The notes beneath the pieces were generated by a model. That model did not search any database and had not been told where the DNA came from. It saw only the letters and a list, made by a program, of their open reading frames with translations. The translations under genes and the position numbers were made by a program. From the NCBI RefSeq assembly GCF_036365525.1, contig NC_090378.1:69297430-69361429 (forward strand): a DNA stretch of 64,000 nucleotides, read 5' to 3'. This document shows positions 48,920-61,525 of the stretch, piece by piece (the stretch's first letter is position 1; each line of letters opens with the position of its first letter). The stretch comes from Heterodontus francisci (taxonomy: Eukaryota).

Positions 48920-51086
48920 GTTCTCTCAGGTCTAACCCTGACATTGTGATCAAACCTGCTGACAAGGATGGTGCTGTTGTTGTCTGACATACCGACTTCT
49001 ACCTTGCAGAGGCTCAGCGCCAACTCTCAGACACTTCTTCCTACCTCCCCCAGGACCATGACTCCACTACCGAACATCAAGCTGCTGTCTACAACACTGT
49101 CACTGGCCTCATCTCCTCCGGAGATCTTCCCTCTACAGCCTCCAACCTCAGAGTCCCGCAACCCCAGATAGCCCACTTCTACCTCCTTCCTAAAATCCAC
49201 AAACAGGACTGTCCTAGGAGACCCATCGTTTCAGCCTGTTCCTGCCCCATTGAACTTATTTCTTCCTATCTTGACTCTATCTTTTCTCCCCTGGTCCAGT
49301 CTCTTCCCATCTACATCTGTGACTCTTCTGATGCCCGAGGTCATTTTGACAATTTCCAGTTTCCTGACCCGAATTACCTCTTCACTATGGATGTCCAATC
49401 TCTCTACACCTCCATCCCCCACCAGGACTGTCTGAGGGCTCTCTGCTTCTGCCTTGAACAGAGGCCCAACCAGTCCCCATCCACCACCATCCTCCTCTGC
49501 CTGGCTGAACTTGTTCTCACATTGAACAACTTCTCCTTCAAATAAAAAGTGTTGCTATGGGTACCCGCATGGGTCCTAGTTACGCCTATCTTTTTGTGGG
49601 GTATGTCGAATATTTCTTGTTCCAGACCTACTCAGGCCCCCTCCCCCAACTCTTTTTCCGGTACATTGATGACTGAATCGGTGCCGTTTCCTGCTCTCGC
49701 CCCAAACTGGAAAACTTTATCAATTTTGTTTCCAATTTCCACCCTTCTCTCACCTTTACATGGCCCATCTCTGACACTTCTGTTCCCTTCCTTGACTTCT
49801 CTATCCCCATCTCTGGGGATAGACTGTCCACTAATATTCATTATAAGCCCACCGACTCCCACAGCTATCTCGAATACACTTCTTCACACCCTGCTTCCTG
49901 TAAGGACTCCATTCCATTCTCCCAATTTCCCCTTCTCCCAGGCATCTGTTCTGATGATGCAACCTTCCACAACAGTGCTTCTGATATGTCTTCCTTTTTC
50001 CTCAACCAAGGATTCCCCCCCACTGTGGTTGAAAAGGCCCTTAACTGTGTCTGACCCATTTCCTACACTTCTGCCCTCACCTCTTCCCCTCCCTCTCTGA
50101 ACCGCGACAGGTTCCCCTTTCCTCACTTTCCACCCCACCAGCCTCCACATCCAAAGGATCATCCTCTGCCACCTCCAGCGTGATGCCTTCACCAAATGCA
50201 TCTTCCCCTCCCCTCCCCTTTCAGCATTCTGAAGGGATCATTCCCTCTGTGACACCCTGTTCCACTCCTCCATTCCCCTGACACCTCGTCCCCTTCCCAT
50301 GGCACCTTCCCATGCAATTGCAGGAGGTTGATACCTGCCCTTTTCCCTCCTCTCTCCTCACCATCCAAGGCCCCAAACACTCCTTCCAGGTGAAGCAGTG
50401 ATTTACTTGTACTTCTTTCAATTTAGTATACTGTATTTGCTGCTCAAAATACAGTCTCCTTTACATTGGGGAGACCAAACGCACATTGTTTGACCGCTTT
50501 ACGGAATACCTTCACTCAGTCTGAAAACATGACCCCGAGCTTCTGGTTGCTTGCCATTTCAACACACCCCCTGCTCTCATGCCCACATATCTGTCCTGGG
50601 CCTGCTGCAGTGTTCCAGTGAACATCAACGCAAGCTTGAGGAACAGAACCTCATTTTCCAATTAAGTCCTCTACAGCCTTCTGGACTAAACATTGAATTC
50701 AATAATTTCAGAGCATGACTGGCACTTTTTTATTTTACTTTGTTTCATCATTTTTTTTCATATTTGTGCTTTTGGCTAGAGCTGTTCATTATTCTGTCAT
50801 TAACACTCTCTCTGCATTAATGCTTTGTCTCTCACTACACCATAAGCACACTCTCTTTGCCTTTGCCCATGACCTCCTTGTCAGTTAATCTCTCTGGCCC
50901 TCTGTCCTATCTCACACCTTTCCTTTTGTTCTCTTCTCCCCCAGCCCTGCTTTACTTGCTTATAACCTATTACATTTCTAACCTTTGCCAGTTCTGATGA
51001 AAGGTCGCCGACCTGAAACGTTAACTCTGCTTCTCTCTCCACTTATGCTGCCAGACCTGCTGAATATTTCCAGCACTTTGTTTTTA
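48920..51086 (+). mobile_element. Penelope-like retroelement (RT, GIY-YIG endonuclease, terminal repeat), 5'-truncated and frameshifted
   Basis: PDIVIKPADK, FYLLPKIHK, FTMDVQSLYTSIP, AMGTRMGPSYA, FFRYIDD and LVYCICC...LYIGETKR. Confidence 0.92.
50990..51026 (+). ncRNA. Minimal type-I hammerhead ribozyme motif
   Basis: Stem I AGTT/AACT, core CTGATGA plus one extra A, stem II AGGTC/GACCT, GAAA, palindromic ACGT in place of stem III. Predicted cleavage after GTT at 51022. Confidence 0.75.
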
Positions 51087-51925
51087 GCATCTATGGATAG
51101 CCCTTGTCACCCAGTACCGTGAAGGCGTGCGGGGGGGTTTGAAAAGGTTTGGCTCCTGGGACTGCCTTAGTACCTGGGTGTCGTGGCTGCTTCCCAGGAA
51201 CCGTGCACACATCTGCAGGAAGCACTTGCAGTAGTCATATACCAATTGTACATTGAGCGAGTGGAAGCCCTTTCTGTGATTGAAGGTTGCTGCCTGCTCT
51301 GTAGGCACCTTGATGGCCACGTGCACGCCGTTGATTACATCCTGCACCTGGGGGAATCCAGCAGTGGTCCCAAATCCTATAGCCCTCTCAGGCTGGCTGT
51401 CCGCATTGGAACAAAAGCGCATGTATTGGGTGGCCATTGAAGATGGCATTGGTGACCACCTTGATGCAGCAAGGAGTCAGAGACTGGAAGATCCCACATA
51501 TATCTCCAGTGGATCCCTGGAGTGATTCTGAGGTGTACAGATTCAGTGCCACGGTGACCTTCAGTGCCATTGGCAATGGGTGGCTACCACTTCCTATTGG
51601 GCTTAGCTCGTCCTCCATCATAGCTCATAGCTCTGTGACGGCCTCCCTGGAGAGACGGAGTCTTTAGCAATACAGCTGCACCATCATTTGAAGGTAGCTG
51701 AGCCTTGGACAGTAGGCCTGCTGTGGCAGGTAACCTCTTCTTCGCACAGGAGGCTGGGTATGTGCCCCTCTGCGCCCTTCTTTTCCTTCCCCCAACCCAA
51801 GGCTGGCGTTCCTGCTGCGCCTCTGGTTGCTGCTGCCCCGTTGCCTGCAGCTGCAGCTCCCTTGCTCTCTGATGCTGCTCCTCACTGAAACCTGAGTGAA
51901 TGGGGCCCATGGCATGTAGATTCAC
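51084..51925 (-). pseudogene. Harbinger/HARBI1-like DDE transposase, frameshifted and 3'-truncated
   Basis: PMALKVTVALNLY..ESLQGSTGDICGI, AGFPQVQDVINGVHVAI, RKGFHSLNVQLVYD, GSSHD and GDKGY-like motifs. Confidence 0.88.
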
Positions 51926-53959
51926 TCAGTCTCCAGAGCCTCTTAACTCCCCTGCTCTATCCACACAAGTGGCTCCAAGATGGCACTCTGGAAGTATGCC
52001 CCTACAGTTCTGGCAACGTTTTCCCTTCTCCTGACTGACATAGCCAATGCCCATGCTGTTCCACCCTCCCTGCCAAGCCATGCTAGGATTCATGGTGATT
52101 GCTGTCTGCAACCTGATCTGACCTCCCGCGAGCTCACCACCTCCTTATAAATGGCAAGGTTCTGAGGCCTCATGGTTCCCATGCACTTCTGGAAAAATCA
52201 GAAAACACTGGTAAAATTGAAGTTAATTGCCTTTTTAACAAGCTTAAATAGCTGCCACTGCGTGTAAGCTCAAGGTCCTCCTGCCACACTGGACGCTTTT
52301 TGAAATATCCGGTTGCGACGTGAAGTCGAGCTTCTGTCCCGACACCTTCCGGCCCAACATTCTGACCTCTCCCACCACCTTGTCCGACCCCAATGGGCCA
52401 GGAAAATTCAGCCCATAGTTTTTTTTAATTGCTGGTGGTTACTTCTATGGTTAATTTTTTTTTTACTGAATATTTTCTGTAATATTGTGCAGTGTAATTT
52501 TGCTTTCTAACCACAAGAAAGTATAAAGTAGCACAGCATGTGCCTATAGTGTCACATGCAGCTGTAAGTGTTTTACTCAACATATCCTGTAGTGCAACCC
52601 AGCAGGCACAGGGATATCGACCAGCATGAGCAGGAAGTTGCTAACCTAACACAAAATATTAATTTTATCTCTTTCCTCACAAAGTCCATTCACCTTTGAG
52701 TTTGATTAGCATAATTATTCAAAATTAATGCAAGTACATTTGAAGTAGGAATCATGCAATATTATTTGATGTGATATAATTATATTTCTATTACTCTATT
52801 TTTGTCTTCATTTAAGAACAATATTAATGAACAGATATAAAAGACCTATAATTACAGAGTGACAACAATCCGTGTTGCGTGTGGCGAGTCATCCCAGCAA
52901 TGTTGTGAAGATTTTCCAGTGTAAACAAAAAAGGATGAAATTTATAACAACTCAAGAGTCTCTTAAAGGGTAACTGTCACAAAATTGCAGAGGTAAAGAG
53001 GCCAGCAGAACCATGACCATTTGCATCAAGGTGCTGCTAAATGAAAGCAACACAGTTTTTGCACGATATGATGAAACAATTAAAACACCAAAAAAGTAAC
53101 TATGTACCTACATCATATATAATTGCAAATACTACTCCAACCTTTTCCATACAATCCTACAAGATTTACAGGCCCTTTTAAGCTGCATCCATCAAACACA
53201 TTTTTGAATTTTCGTGACTGTTTATTGGAACCTGTGCTGCTAATGCATCAACAATGGCTTTAAAATAAACTCTTTTGTTCAAACAGTTTCAGATGCTTAT
53301 TATTTCCCATCTCCTTGAAAGGTAACTGTTTGCATAATCTTTAGTCTGTATATGTAGAATTGCATTAGCAAGACATCTGGCCTCCATCATTGCCAGAATT
53401 GAAATGCACACGATTGACTTCTATTTATTTTTTTTCGATATTTCATATAATCTGACAAATCTTAAGTGAATGTGCTTCCAAATAAGCTGAAATCTATTAT
53501 AGGTAGTGCAGCCACCAATAAACACTGCCACAAGGTAATACAACACAAGTTGATTCCTGCCACTCCATTCAGTTCCTGGAATCAACTTTACAGAACGAGG
53601 TTTGACAGAGTTGTCAGGCTGCTCCTGCATGTGTTGGGACCAGTTTGGCAGGGGTATTGGTGGAGACTGGTCCTCTTAGTTGCAACTAGTAACTTATGTT
53701 TGAAATAGGAATTACTCAATATAAATAGTATAACATATGATACAATAATGATGTCCATCCAATGGTACATTTGGTAAATTTGCTGCCCGGTCTGCAACTT
53801 GGAAAGGAAAATCACGAAGCCTGAGTCTTTGCTGTAACAGCTGGTCTCCGCTGTAGAAGTACTTCGATTCACCTCAGCTTCCGTTAACTAAGAAAGGGAA
53901 AACTTAATGATTTTGTTCAGATATGAAATGGCCTTCAATGAGTAAGTTTTGATAAGTAG

Positions 53960-54530
53960 GTGTTGCCCAATGACTCTATTGATGATGCCTTCCATCACTT
54001 TTCTAAAATTTGCAAGGAGGCTATTGAAAGTGTTAGATTTGTCCTTTTTTGTGGATAGGACATACTAGGACAATTTCCCACATTGTTGGGTAGATGTCAG
54101 TGTCAAAGCTACATTGAAACGGCAAACTACCAATAATATTGTTTATTTGGATTTTCGGAAGACCTTTGACAAATTTCCACCTGAAAAGATTTCTTATCAA
54201 AGCGAAAGTCCAGGGGTGGAATGGTTACTATTTCAGGTACACAGGTCTTCTGCACTATGTCAAAATCCTACTAACAACATCATAGAGATCACCACTGGCC
54301 AGAAACTCAACTGAACAGGCCATGTCAACACTGTAGGGCAAAGGTAGGTTATTCTCCAATGAGTGGTTCACCTGCTGATCCCCAAAGCATTTCCACCATT
54401 GACAAGGCTTATGTTAGGAATGTGATGGAATATTCAACATTAGCCTGACTGGCTACAGCTGCAAATACACTCAATAAGCTCAACACCATGGGAGGCAGAG
54501 CAATCAATTTGATCAGTAACTTTGTCACTG
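53960..54530. mobile_element. Mixed CR1-clade fragments
   Basis: VYLDFRKTFDK and pieces similar to 6900-7000 and 7700-7900. Confidence 0.5.
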
Positions 54531-54538
54531 AACTCAAT

Positions 54539-56060
54539 GGAGGCTAAATTAATTGCTCCTGAAACAGGTATAGGAATTGTGATGAGTGATTAACCTGTGC
54601 CTGTTCAATATGATGTTAGCAGCACATCAACTTTATGTTGCCTGCTGTTTAACATAATTGCAGCCTGCAGCCAGCACGAACTGTAATGTTGACTGGCTGT
54701 ATGCCTCAGCAGGGGCACAAAACCATGTGACGTGAACTTAAAGAAGAGGTGCAGTGTGGCTGCAACAGGTGCCTGTAAGTCATTCTACAATTGATTCTAA
54801 CCTGGGAAAGACAGAAGAATGGCATGGAACAAGGGATAGTGTGGGTTCCAAGGTTTTCAGATTCGACATTGGAGCCCTTGGTGGAGGAGGTGCAAAGGAA
54901 ATCCAGTATCTGCAGGGGGCCAGGAGACCGTCCAGATACACGGTCAGAATGCAACGCTGTTTAGGTTGTCTCATCCCTTTCTCTTCCTCCTTTTCCTCCT
55001 GCTGCTCAACTGCTCACTGCACAGCTGGAGACACAGCTGTCCCCTCATAATAGTGAGGTTGTGCAGCATGCAGGAGACCACCACAAATCTTGACTCTGCC
55101 AAGTACAGCAAGGCTCCTCCAAAGCAGTCCGTGCGGCAGAAGTATTGTTTCAGTTTGTCGATGGTCTGCTCTGTCACATTTTGTGTGTCATATGGTTTTC
55201 ACTGCATACATACGTTGGAGTCATCAGCCATGCGGTCAGCAGATGTCTCTTGTGAACCAGTAGCCACCTTTGGTTTGCCACGGTGGCTCAAATGCAGCTA
55301 GCACAGCAGACTGCTGCTGAGTGAAGGTGTCATGACTGCTACCAGGGTACTGGGCATTAACCTGCATAATTTTCTGCATATAGTCACACATCAGCCGGAT
55401 GTTGAGGGACTGGAATCCCTTTCATGTCCAGTATAGGACAGAGTTGACATGTGGTGCCCACAAAGCAATGAGCGTGCAGTCAACGGCACCCTGCACCATT
55501 CAGAATCCTGCAATCCTGGCAAAACTGTGTGCTCACTGCACCTGCTGTTCTCTGGCAAGAAAGAATGAAATGTAGCTAGCTCTCTTTGAATAGAGAGTGT
55601 CAGTGACCTCCTTTATGCAACAATGGACGATGTTGCTACTATCTCCAGCTCCAGCCTAGAAGGAGCCAGACACAAAAATGTTCATCACCACGGTAACCTT
55701 CACAGCCACGGACAATGCGGTCTTTGCCTTGTTGGAAGTTGAAGTCGTGGCTGCAGTAGGGGGCAGATATCAGTGAGGATGTCCTTATGGAAATGCAGAC
55801 GTCTGATAGGCCCTTCCTTACCAAGTTTCAGGTATGAGAATTGCTTCCTTAACACTCTAGGCAGATATGGCCCACTACTGAAACCCCTTTTCCTGCTTCT
55901 CCACCTCCTCTTTTGGCGGTTTATCCTGCTTTGCATGGCCTCTATTTATTCTCCCAGTCATGCTGTATTCCAAGGGGAATGCCTACCACTGCACCCATGT
56001 CTAGGAGCAAGGGGTTTGTGCGGAAGTTTGAAGTTAGCAAAAAGTCCTTCAGCATATGCC
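54539..56060. mobile_element. Second two-gene Harbinger element, centrally deleted
   Basis: Left TIR-like ggaggctaaatt. Myb start VPRFSDSTLEPLVEEVQ on plus at about 54823 abuts a minus-strand transposase (54960-55936) with VQGAVDCT, KGFQSLNI, YPGSSHD, IEQTI-like and SRFVVVSCMLHNL motifs. Confidence 0.8.
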
Positions 56061-56076
56061 ACGCCACTCCTATGTC

Positions 56077-56398
56077 AGCCATGGCTCAGTTGGTAGCTTT
56101 CTCAGCTCTGAGTCAGAAGGTTGTGGATTTAAGTCCTACTCTGGAGACCTGAGCACACAAATCTGGGCTGACACTTCACTGCAATATTGAGGGAGTGCTG
56201 CACTGTCCTTCAGATGAGATGTTACATGAGGCCCTGTCTGCTCTTGTGGATGTGAAAGATTCCATGCATTATTTTGAAGAAGAGCAGTGGAGCTATCCCT
56301 GACCAATTTTATCCCTCAATCAACGTCACACAGATTATCCGGTCATTATAACACTGTTGTGTGCAAATGGGCTGCCGTATTTCCTACATTACAACACT
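56077..56398 (+). mobile_element. SacSINE1-like DeuSINE
   Basis: tRNA head tggctcagttggtagc, Deu-domain-like gagggagtgctgcactgtc...cttcagatgagatgtta, and gctgccgtatttcctacattacaac. Confidence 0.75.
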
Positions 56399-56559
56399 GC
56401 AAGTAGTGCTATGCAATCTACGTCGATTCCGTGGGACAGACAGCACCATGGGTCACTACCTGCATGGCCTTCTTCAATGATTAATACCACACAGGTCGTG
56501 CAGGTAGCAGCCTGTGGTACTGTCTGCCCTTGAGGAATCAACATTTTTTTGGTAATTTC

Positions 56560-57130
56560 TCCACCAAAGGGTACTCATCAGAGGTGAGCTGTGTGAAGTA
56601 TTGAGTGGAGTTTCCCAGGAGATCTGTGCTTTGACCCCTGTTATTTTTCATCTGTATAAATAGCATGGATGCCAAAACCAATTGTCAGTAAGCAAAATTT
56701 GCAGATGAGGTTAAAATAAGGAGATCACTATTGGCCAAGTTAAATATTTTCTGAAGGATTTAGATGAGTTTGTAATTGGGCAGGCCTAGTGATAAGTGGA
56801 ATATAATATAACCATTTGTAAAGCATTGCACATCGGGCAAAAAATCCTCTGTGACATTAAGTGTAAGAGTGGAACAGAATTAGCACAGGGAGACCTGGAA
56901 AGGGATCAGGAAATAATTGTAGACACCTCATTTTGCACATCTAATTAATGTGGCAAAGTAATTAAAACAGCTAATAAAAATGCAGGATACAGAGCTAGAA
57001 CATTAGAGAACTAATCTACTGAGTTATGCTAAGGATTTGCAATGAACCAATTAGACCACACTTGCAATACTGTGTTGAATTCTGGTCATTAAAAATGATA
57101 GAAAAGGTACAAAGAAAAGGATAGATTGAA
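56560..57130 (+). mobile_element. Old CR1 RT remnant
   Basis: SGVSQEICALTP, SKFADE and LIRPHLQYCVEFWS remnants. Confidence 0.55.
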
Positions 57131-57149
57131 TTGTATTGTTTAGAGAGAA

Positions 57150-57870
57150 TTATAATAACAATTTGCATACGTATTGCATCTTTGACATAAAGAAATATCC
57201 CAGGAATTTTAAAAACACATGCAAGCAAACAGACAAGTCAAGAGGGTGCAAGTAAGACGGAGGCCCAAAGTCTGGGGCAAAGGTAGAGAGGCATAAATGT
57301 TTATAGAAAGTCTTTTACAGAGTAAGAATGGAATTTAGCAAGTGAATTCCAGCAAAGACGATGTCAGGCAAAGGGAGGTGGACCACAGGAAGCCAGAGTC
57401 AGAAGAATGGAGTGTTTGTAACGGACTATTGGCCTTAAAAAGGTTGCAGAGATAAGCTTGGGTGAACATATGAGGATTTAAAATTTGGTGCTGGGAAACC
57501 TGAAGACAATATAGGTCTGTGAGTAGGGGATGATGGGTGAGCAGGACTTAGCCAGGTTTTGGATAAGTTGAACTTTATGGAGGATAGGAAGCCTGTGACA
57601 AAAACATTACAGTAGTGAAATCTGGAGGTGACAAAGGCACGTATAAGGGTTTCAATGACAGTGGGGCTGAGGCAAACAATATTGCAGTGATGAATGGAAG
57701 TAATTTTGGTGATGAATAGAAGGTGGCATTTAAAACTCAGCTCAAGATCAAACAGAATGCTAAGGTTACAAAGGTCTGGCTAAACCTAAGATGATGCTTA
57801 TAGGGAGAAAAGGAATAGATTATATGGCAAAAAAAGTGGAGTTTATGGAGGGACGGAACACAATGTAGTA
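57150..57870 (-). mobile_element. Old L2 3' fragment
   Basis: L2 tail (ataacaatttgcat) and similarity to 3560-3850. Confidence 0.55.
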
Positions 57871-58815
57871 TATTTCACTGGTGCTGCTGGGCAGTAATGG
57901 GGAACAGCTTACTGTCCCATTCCAGCTGCCAACAACTTCAGAAGGGCAGGTGGTAGGCCCTTTTGATACACAAATAGAAGTCCTATGACGTACTTAGGAT
58001 CCCAGTGACCATTTTAAGATAATAATGGGGAGCATGCGCTGTGTACACTACGCACAGCATCAGCTGGTGGTCCAACTGAAGAGGTAAGATTTAATTAATT
58101 TTTGTGGAGTCTAGAGGAACAGGAGTGTTCCTAATATTGCAGTTGCCCCAAGGTGGTGCTTTTCCACCTGCAATCCACAGGTCCTATGCTGTTAAGGCAT
58201 AGCCCTCAAAATGGATTGACCTCCTTGTGAGTCATCCCAAAACCTATCCATAGTCAAAATGTACCCCAGTCTCACAGATGTTGAGCTGGAGGAAGTTATG
58301 ACTCAGCCAGGACTTGATGTCGAATGGTAAGTCTGGTGGCACCAAGGCAGTCCAGGGTCAAGAGGGGTCGCAGAAAGGTAGAACTGCGTCTCATCAAAAG
58401 AGTGAGGGGACCTCATTGGTATATATACAAATAAATAATCTATCCCTCTCTCCATCTATATAAACAAATTAAATGGTATAGATGCCAAAATATTACTTGA
58501 GAATATGTCACACTCATAGGAGCAGAAGGTATGCTTAAAATTAGTGAGAAGTAAATTCGAATGCATTTCTTTACTTAAAGATGATAAATGCTTAGAATAA
58601 TCAGGCAAGGAAGCAAAAGAAAAGACAAGGAATGTTCAAATTGCAATTGATAGTAGGCTAGGATAGTTGGGGTTCCAGAGGGACAAACCTCCTGACTGCC
58701 ATTACTATCTATTTGTCTGCTAAGGCAGCTGATTCATTCTCCAATCTGCAGAGGGTAAAGTGCAAATTTCTGCATTTGTGCTTGGAAATGTCAATAGTTG
58801 AAAACAGTTACATAC

Positions 58816-59456
58816 TGTTATGAAAGTGCTTCTATTTTTTAAAATAATTTTTGAAGACTCGTGGTTGAAGATGGTAGAGATGGATTCATTTGGAGGCCAG
58901 AAGTGATTCCATAGATGCCAGACTTTGTTTTTTTTTAAAAAAAAGGTCACTGGAAGGACTTGAGCTTTCTGTTTAAAGATATTTACTGGATGTCACATGT
59001 CTTGAGCTAAATAAACAACAGAAGCCTTGGTGACTGGGGGAGTTGTTTACAGAGAAGTGACATGTCAAAATTTATGGTGGTCAAGAGTTGGTTTTGTTTT
59101 GGAATATTGTTTTGAGTCAGTTGGGTTTGTAGCCTGCTGAAACACCTAGCTCATCTTTTCTCCACCTCTCTGAGAAACCCTGCAAAATCCAGTGCATGAT
59201 AGCTGAAATGTCTGATGCGATATTTCTCCTGGAAAGCCTGCCAGACTACTCCTTGATGTCACCTGAAGAGAACTTCTACAAAAAGATCCCAGTGACAGCT
59301 GTCTGTGCATATTTGGGATGCTGGAAAAGGGACAACGGATATCATTCCATATCTTCTCCTTCTCCTTCAAGAATTAACAAGTATTTAGCCAAAATTTTTA
59401 AAATCTTTTTTGTAAAAGGATCTCTGCAGAGAACACTACTTTATTTGTTCTTTAAC

Positions 59457-59499
<43 letters not shown>

Positions 59500-59753
59500 A
59501 TTTTTAAAGGGAACTGTCATATTTCAATTTGTGTTAATGCTTTGCATCTTTACTGGATAAGTCTTGTTTTATAATAAATTAATAATTTTGTTGTTTATTA
59601 AAGAAATCTGGTTGGCGGATTTTATTCTGAAATAAAAATAGAGTACATAATTGGCCATATCAGTAACTGGTTAAACATTTAAATATATGTTGTGAACTGG
59701 GGAGAAGTGGAAGTAGAGAAAGACTGTGCACTCCTCCCGCCTTGGTTGTAACA
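58816..59753 (+). mobile_element. Solo LTR (Gypsy-type)
   Basis: tgttatg...ttgtaaca. The 3' end matches the LTRs at 873 and 27379. Internal (TG)n at about 59462. No clear TSD. Confidence 0.7.
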
Positions 59754-60487
59754 ACAAACACATGTACCGATGCTTTGATTCCAGACAATATGCGTCATCA
59801 TTTCTTATTAATATTCTGTTTTTTGTAATGAGTTTAAATTTAGTGCATCATTCCAACAAATGAAAATAGTACTGTTTCCCTGAAGTTTAATTAATTTGCA
59901 ATTCTGACATCAAAGGAAATTCCTGCTAAGGAAGTGAGGTTTTGTTACCATTTGGGTGTATCATCTGTCACTCCACCTGAGAAAGCTGTATGCGAAAGGG
60001 CTCACAAACGAGTGAGTGAATGTCTACTATTTTAATATGAAATTGAAACATTACTGTTGAAAAAGGCTATTTCAGTTTGCCAAGACTGAACTCAGGACTG
60101 CAGAAAGAATTTGAAAAGTGAAAATTAACCTCTTACAGTACATCATTCTTGAGACCTGTATGGTATTGCATCTGTTGTTATTGCTTATTTCTCATGCTTC
60201 ATTGTGCTGTTTATTGTGCTGTTTTATTGGTAAATAATTACTGTAATGATTGCCTATGTTCCTGAGCAAAAAATGCTACAGTTAAGGAAACAGTTTCACT
60301 TACAAATATTTGGCCATGGGGAGGATGTGGGTGGAATATTTGTGCTGCACTAGCCTTTTCTTTCTCGAGTGGTGTTCTCGGATTTTAATGTGCTGATGCA
60401 AAAATGGGCTGAAAATCCAAATTATATATGAATATGCATTTTCTAGCAAGAAGAAAAGAGGAGAAAACATGCTATGGATATATTTAG

Positions 60488-60540
60488 AGTCATAGAGTCG
60501 TAGAGCATAGAAACAGGCCCTTCGGCCCATCGCGTCCATT
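60488..60540 (-). mobile_element. CR1 tail scrap
   Basis: agagtcatagagtc...aaacaggcccttcggccc. Confidence 0.6.
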
Positions 60541-60803
60541 TAAAGCTAATAGATCAGCAACAACTACAAAAATATAGCAATAAGTTGATGGTTATCACAT
60601 TATGCTAAGTCAAACGCCTGTTAAAGGTAATGGGTCAGTTAAAGAAACTGAACACAGCAAGACATGATTATATCAGTACTGGCTATATGTAAGAACAAAA
60701 CTAGGCTTTGTGAATAAGTTATTTATAAAAATACAAACCCAGAATTTTACTTTTAGTACGATTGCATATATATTCATTAGTGCGTGTGCACGCAAGCTTG
60801 TTT

Positions 60804-61525
60804 GGTCGGAATTTTACACCACCCGGGGGCAGGCTGGAGATGGGGGGGGGGGGAGCATAAAATTGAATGGAGGCAGGGGTTGCCGGTCCCATCGCCTATC
60901 TAACCCTGCTGCCATTTTACCAGCAGCAGGGGAGGTGGCAAACGGCGTGCCCGCCCAGGCCAATTGCGGCCCTTAAGTGGCCAGTTAAAGTGGTAATGTC
61001 ACTGGACTAGTAATCCAGAACCCATGCTAATGCTTTGGGGTCATGGGTCTGAATTTCACCACGGCAGATGGTGAAATTTGAATTCAATTAACAAATCTGG
61101 AATTTAAAAGCTAGTCTAATGGTGACCATGAAACCATTGTCGATTGTTGTAAAAACCCATCCGGTTCACTAATGTCCTTTAGGGAAGGAAAGCTGCCGTC
61201 CTTACCTGGTCTGGCCTACATGTGACTCCAGATCCACTGCAATGTGATTGACTCTTAAAATGCCCTCTGGAATGGCCTAGTAAGTCATTCAGTTCAAGGG
61301 CATTCAGGGATGGACAATAAATACTGACCTAGCCAGCGATGTCCACATCCCACAAACAAATAACAAAAGAATTTCCACTTAAGGGCTTCCTCCCGCGTCT
61401 GCTGGTACATTACCAGCGGTGGCCGGGCACTTTGCCAGATGAGGAGACTGCCCGGGAATACCAGGCGGCCTCCTAATGGGCTGAAGGGGGGGTGGGTCCT
61501 GTGCCTCCCGAGGGTTAGGGCATGC
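60804..61525 (-). mobile_element. Partial Harbinger MITE split by a SINE
   Basis: TIR-like ggtcggaattttac. Reverse of the 3' part of the 2760 and 29790 copies, including gcccttaagtggcc. Confidence 0.65.
60990..61368 (+). mobile_element. tRNA-derived SINE with a tail homologous to the CR1-clade LINE at 6135-8363
   Basis: Head gtggtaatgtcactggactagtaatccag. Tail caagggcattcagggatggacaataaatactgacctagcc matches 8290-8345. Confidence 0.8.

Larger units (their letters stand above)
47470..52414. mobile_element. PIF/Harbinger DNA transposon with both TIRs and two convergent genes (decayed)
   Basis: TIRs gggctgaatttt / aaaattcagccc, flanks aaa/ata. Myb gene on plus at 47763 and transposase on minus at 51084-51925. 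Contains CR1 and Penelope insertions. Confidence 0.85.

Noticed and set aside
51084-51925. Possible domesticated HARBI1 gene
   Set aside because: Frameshifted, truncated by Penelope and enclosed by TIRs, so it is a dead transposon copy.
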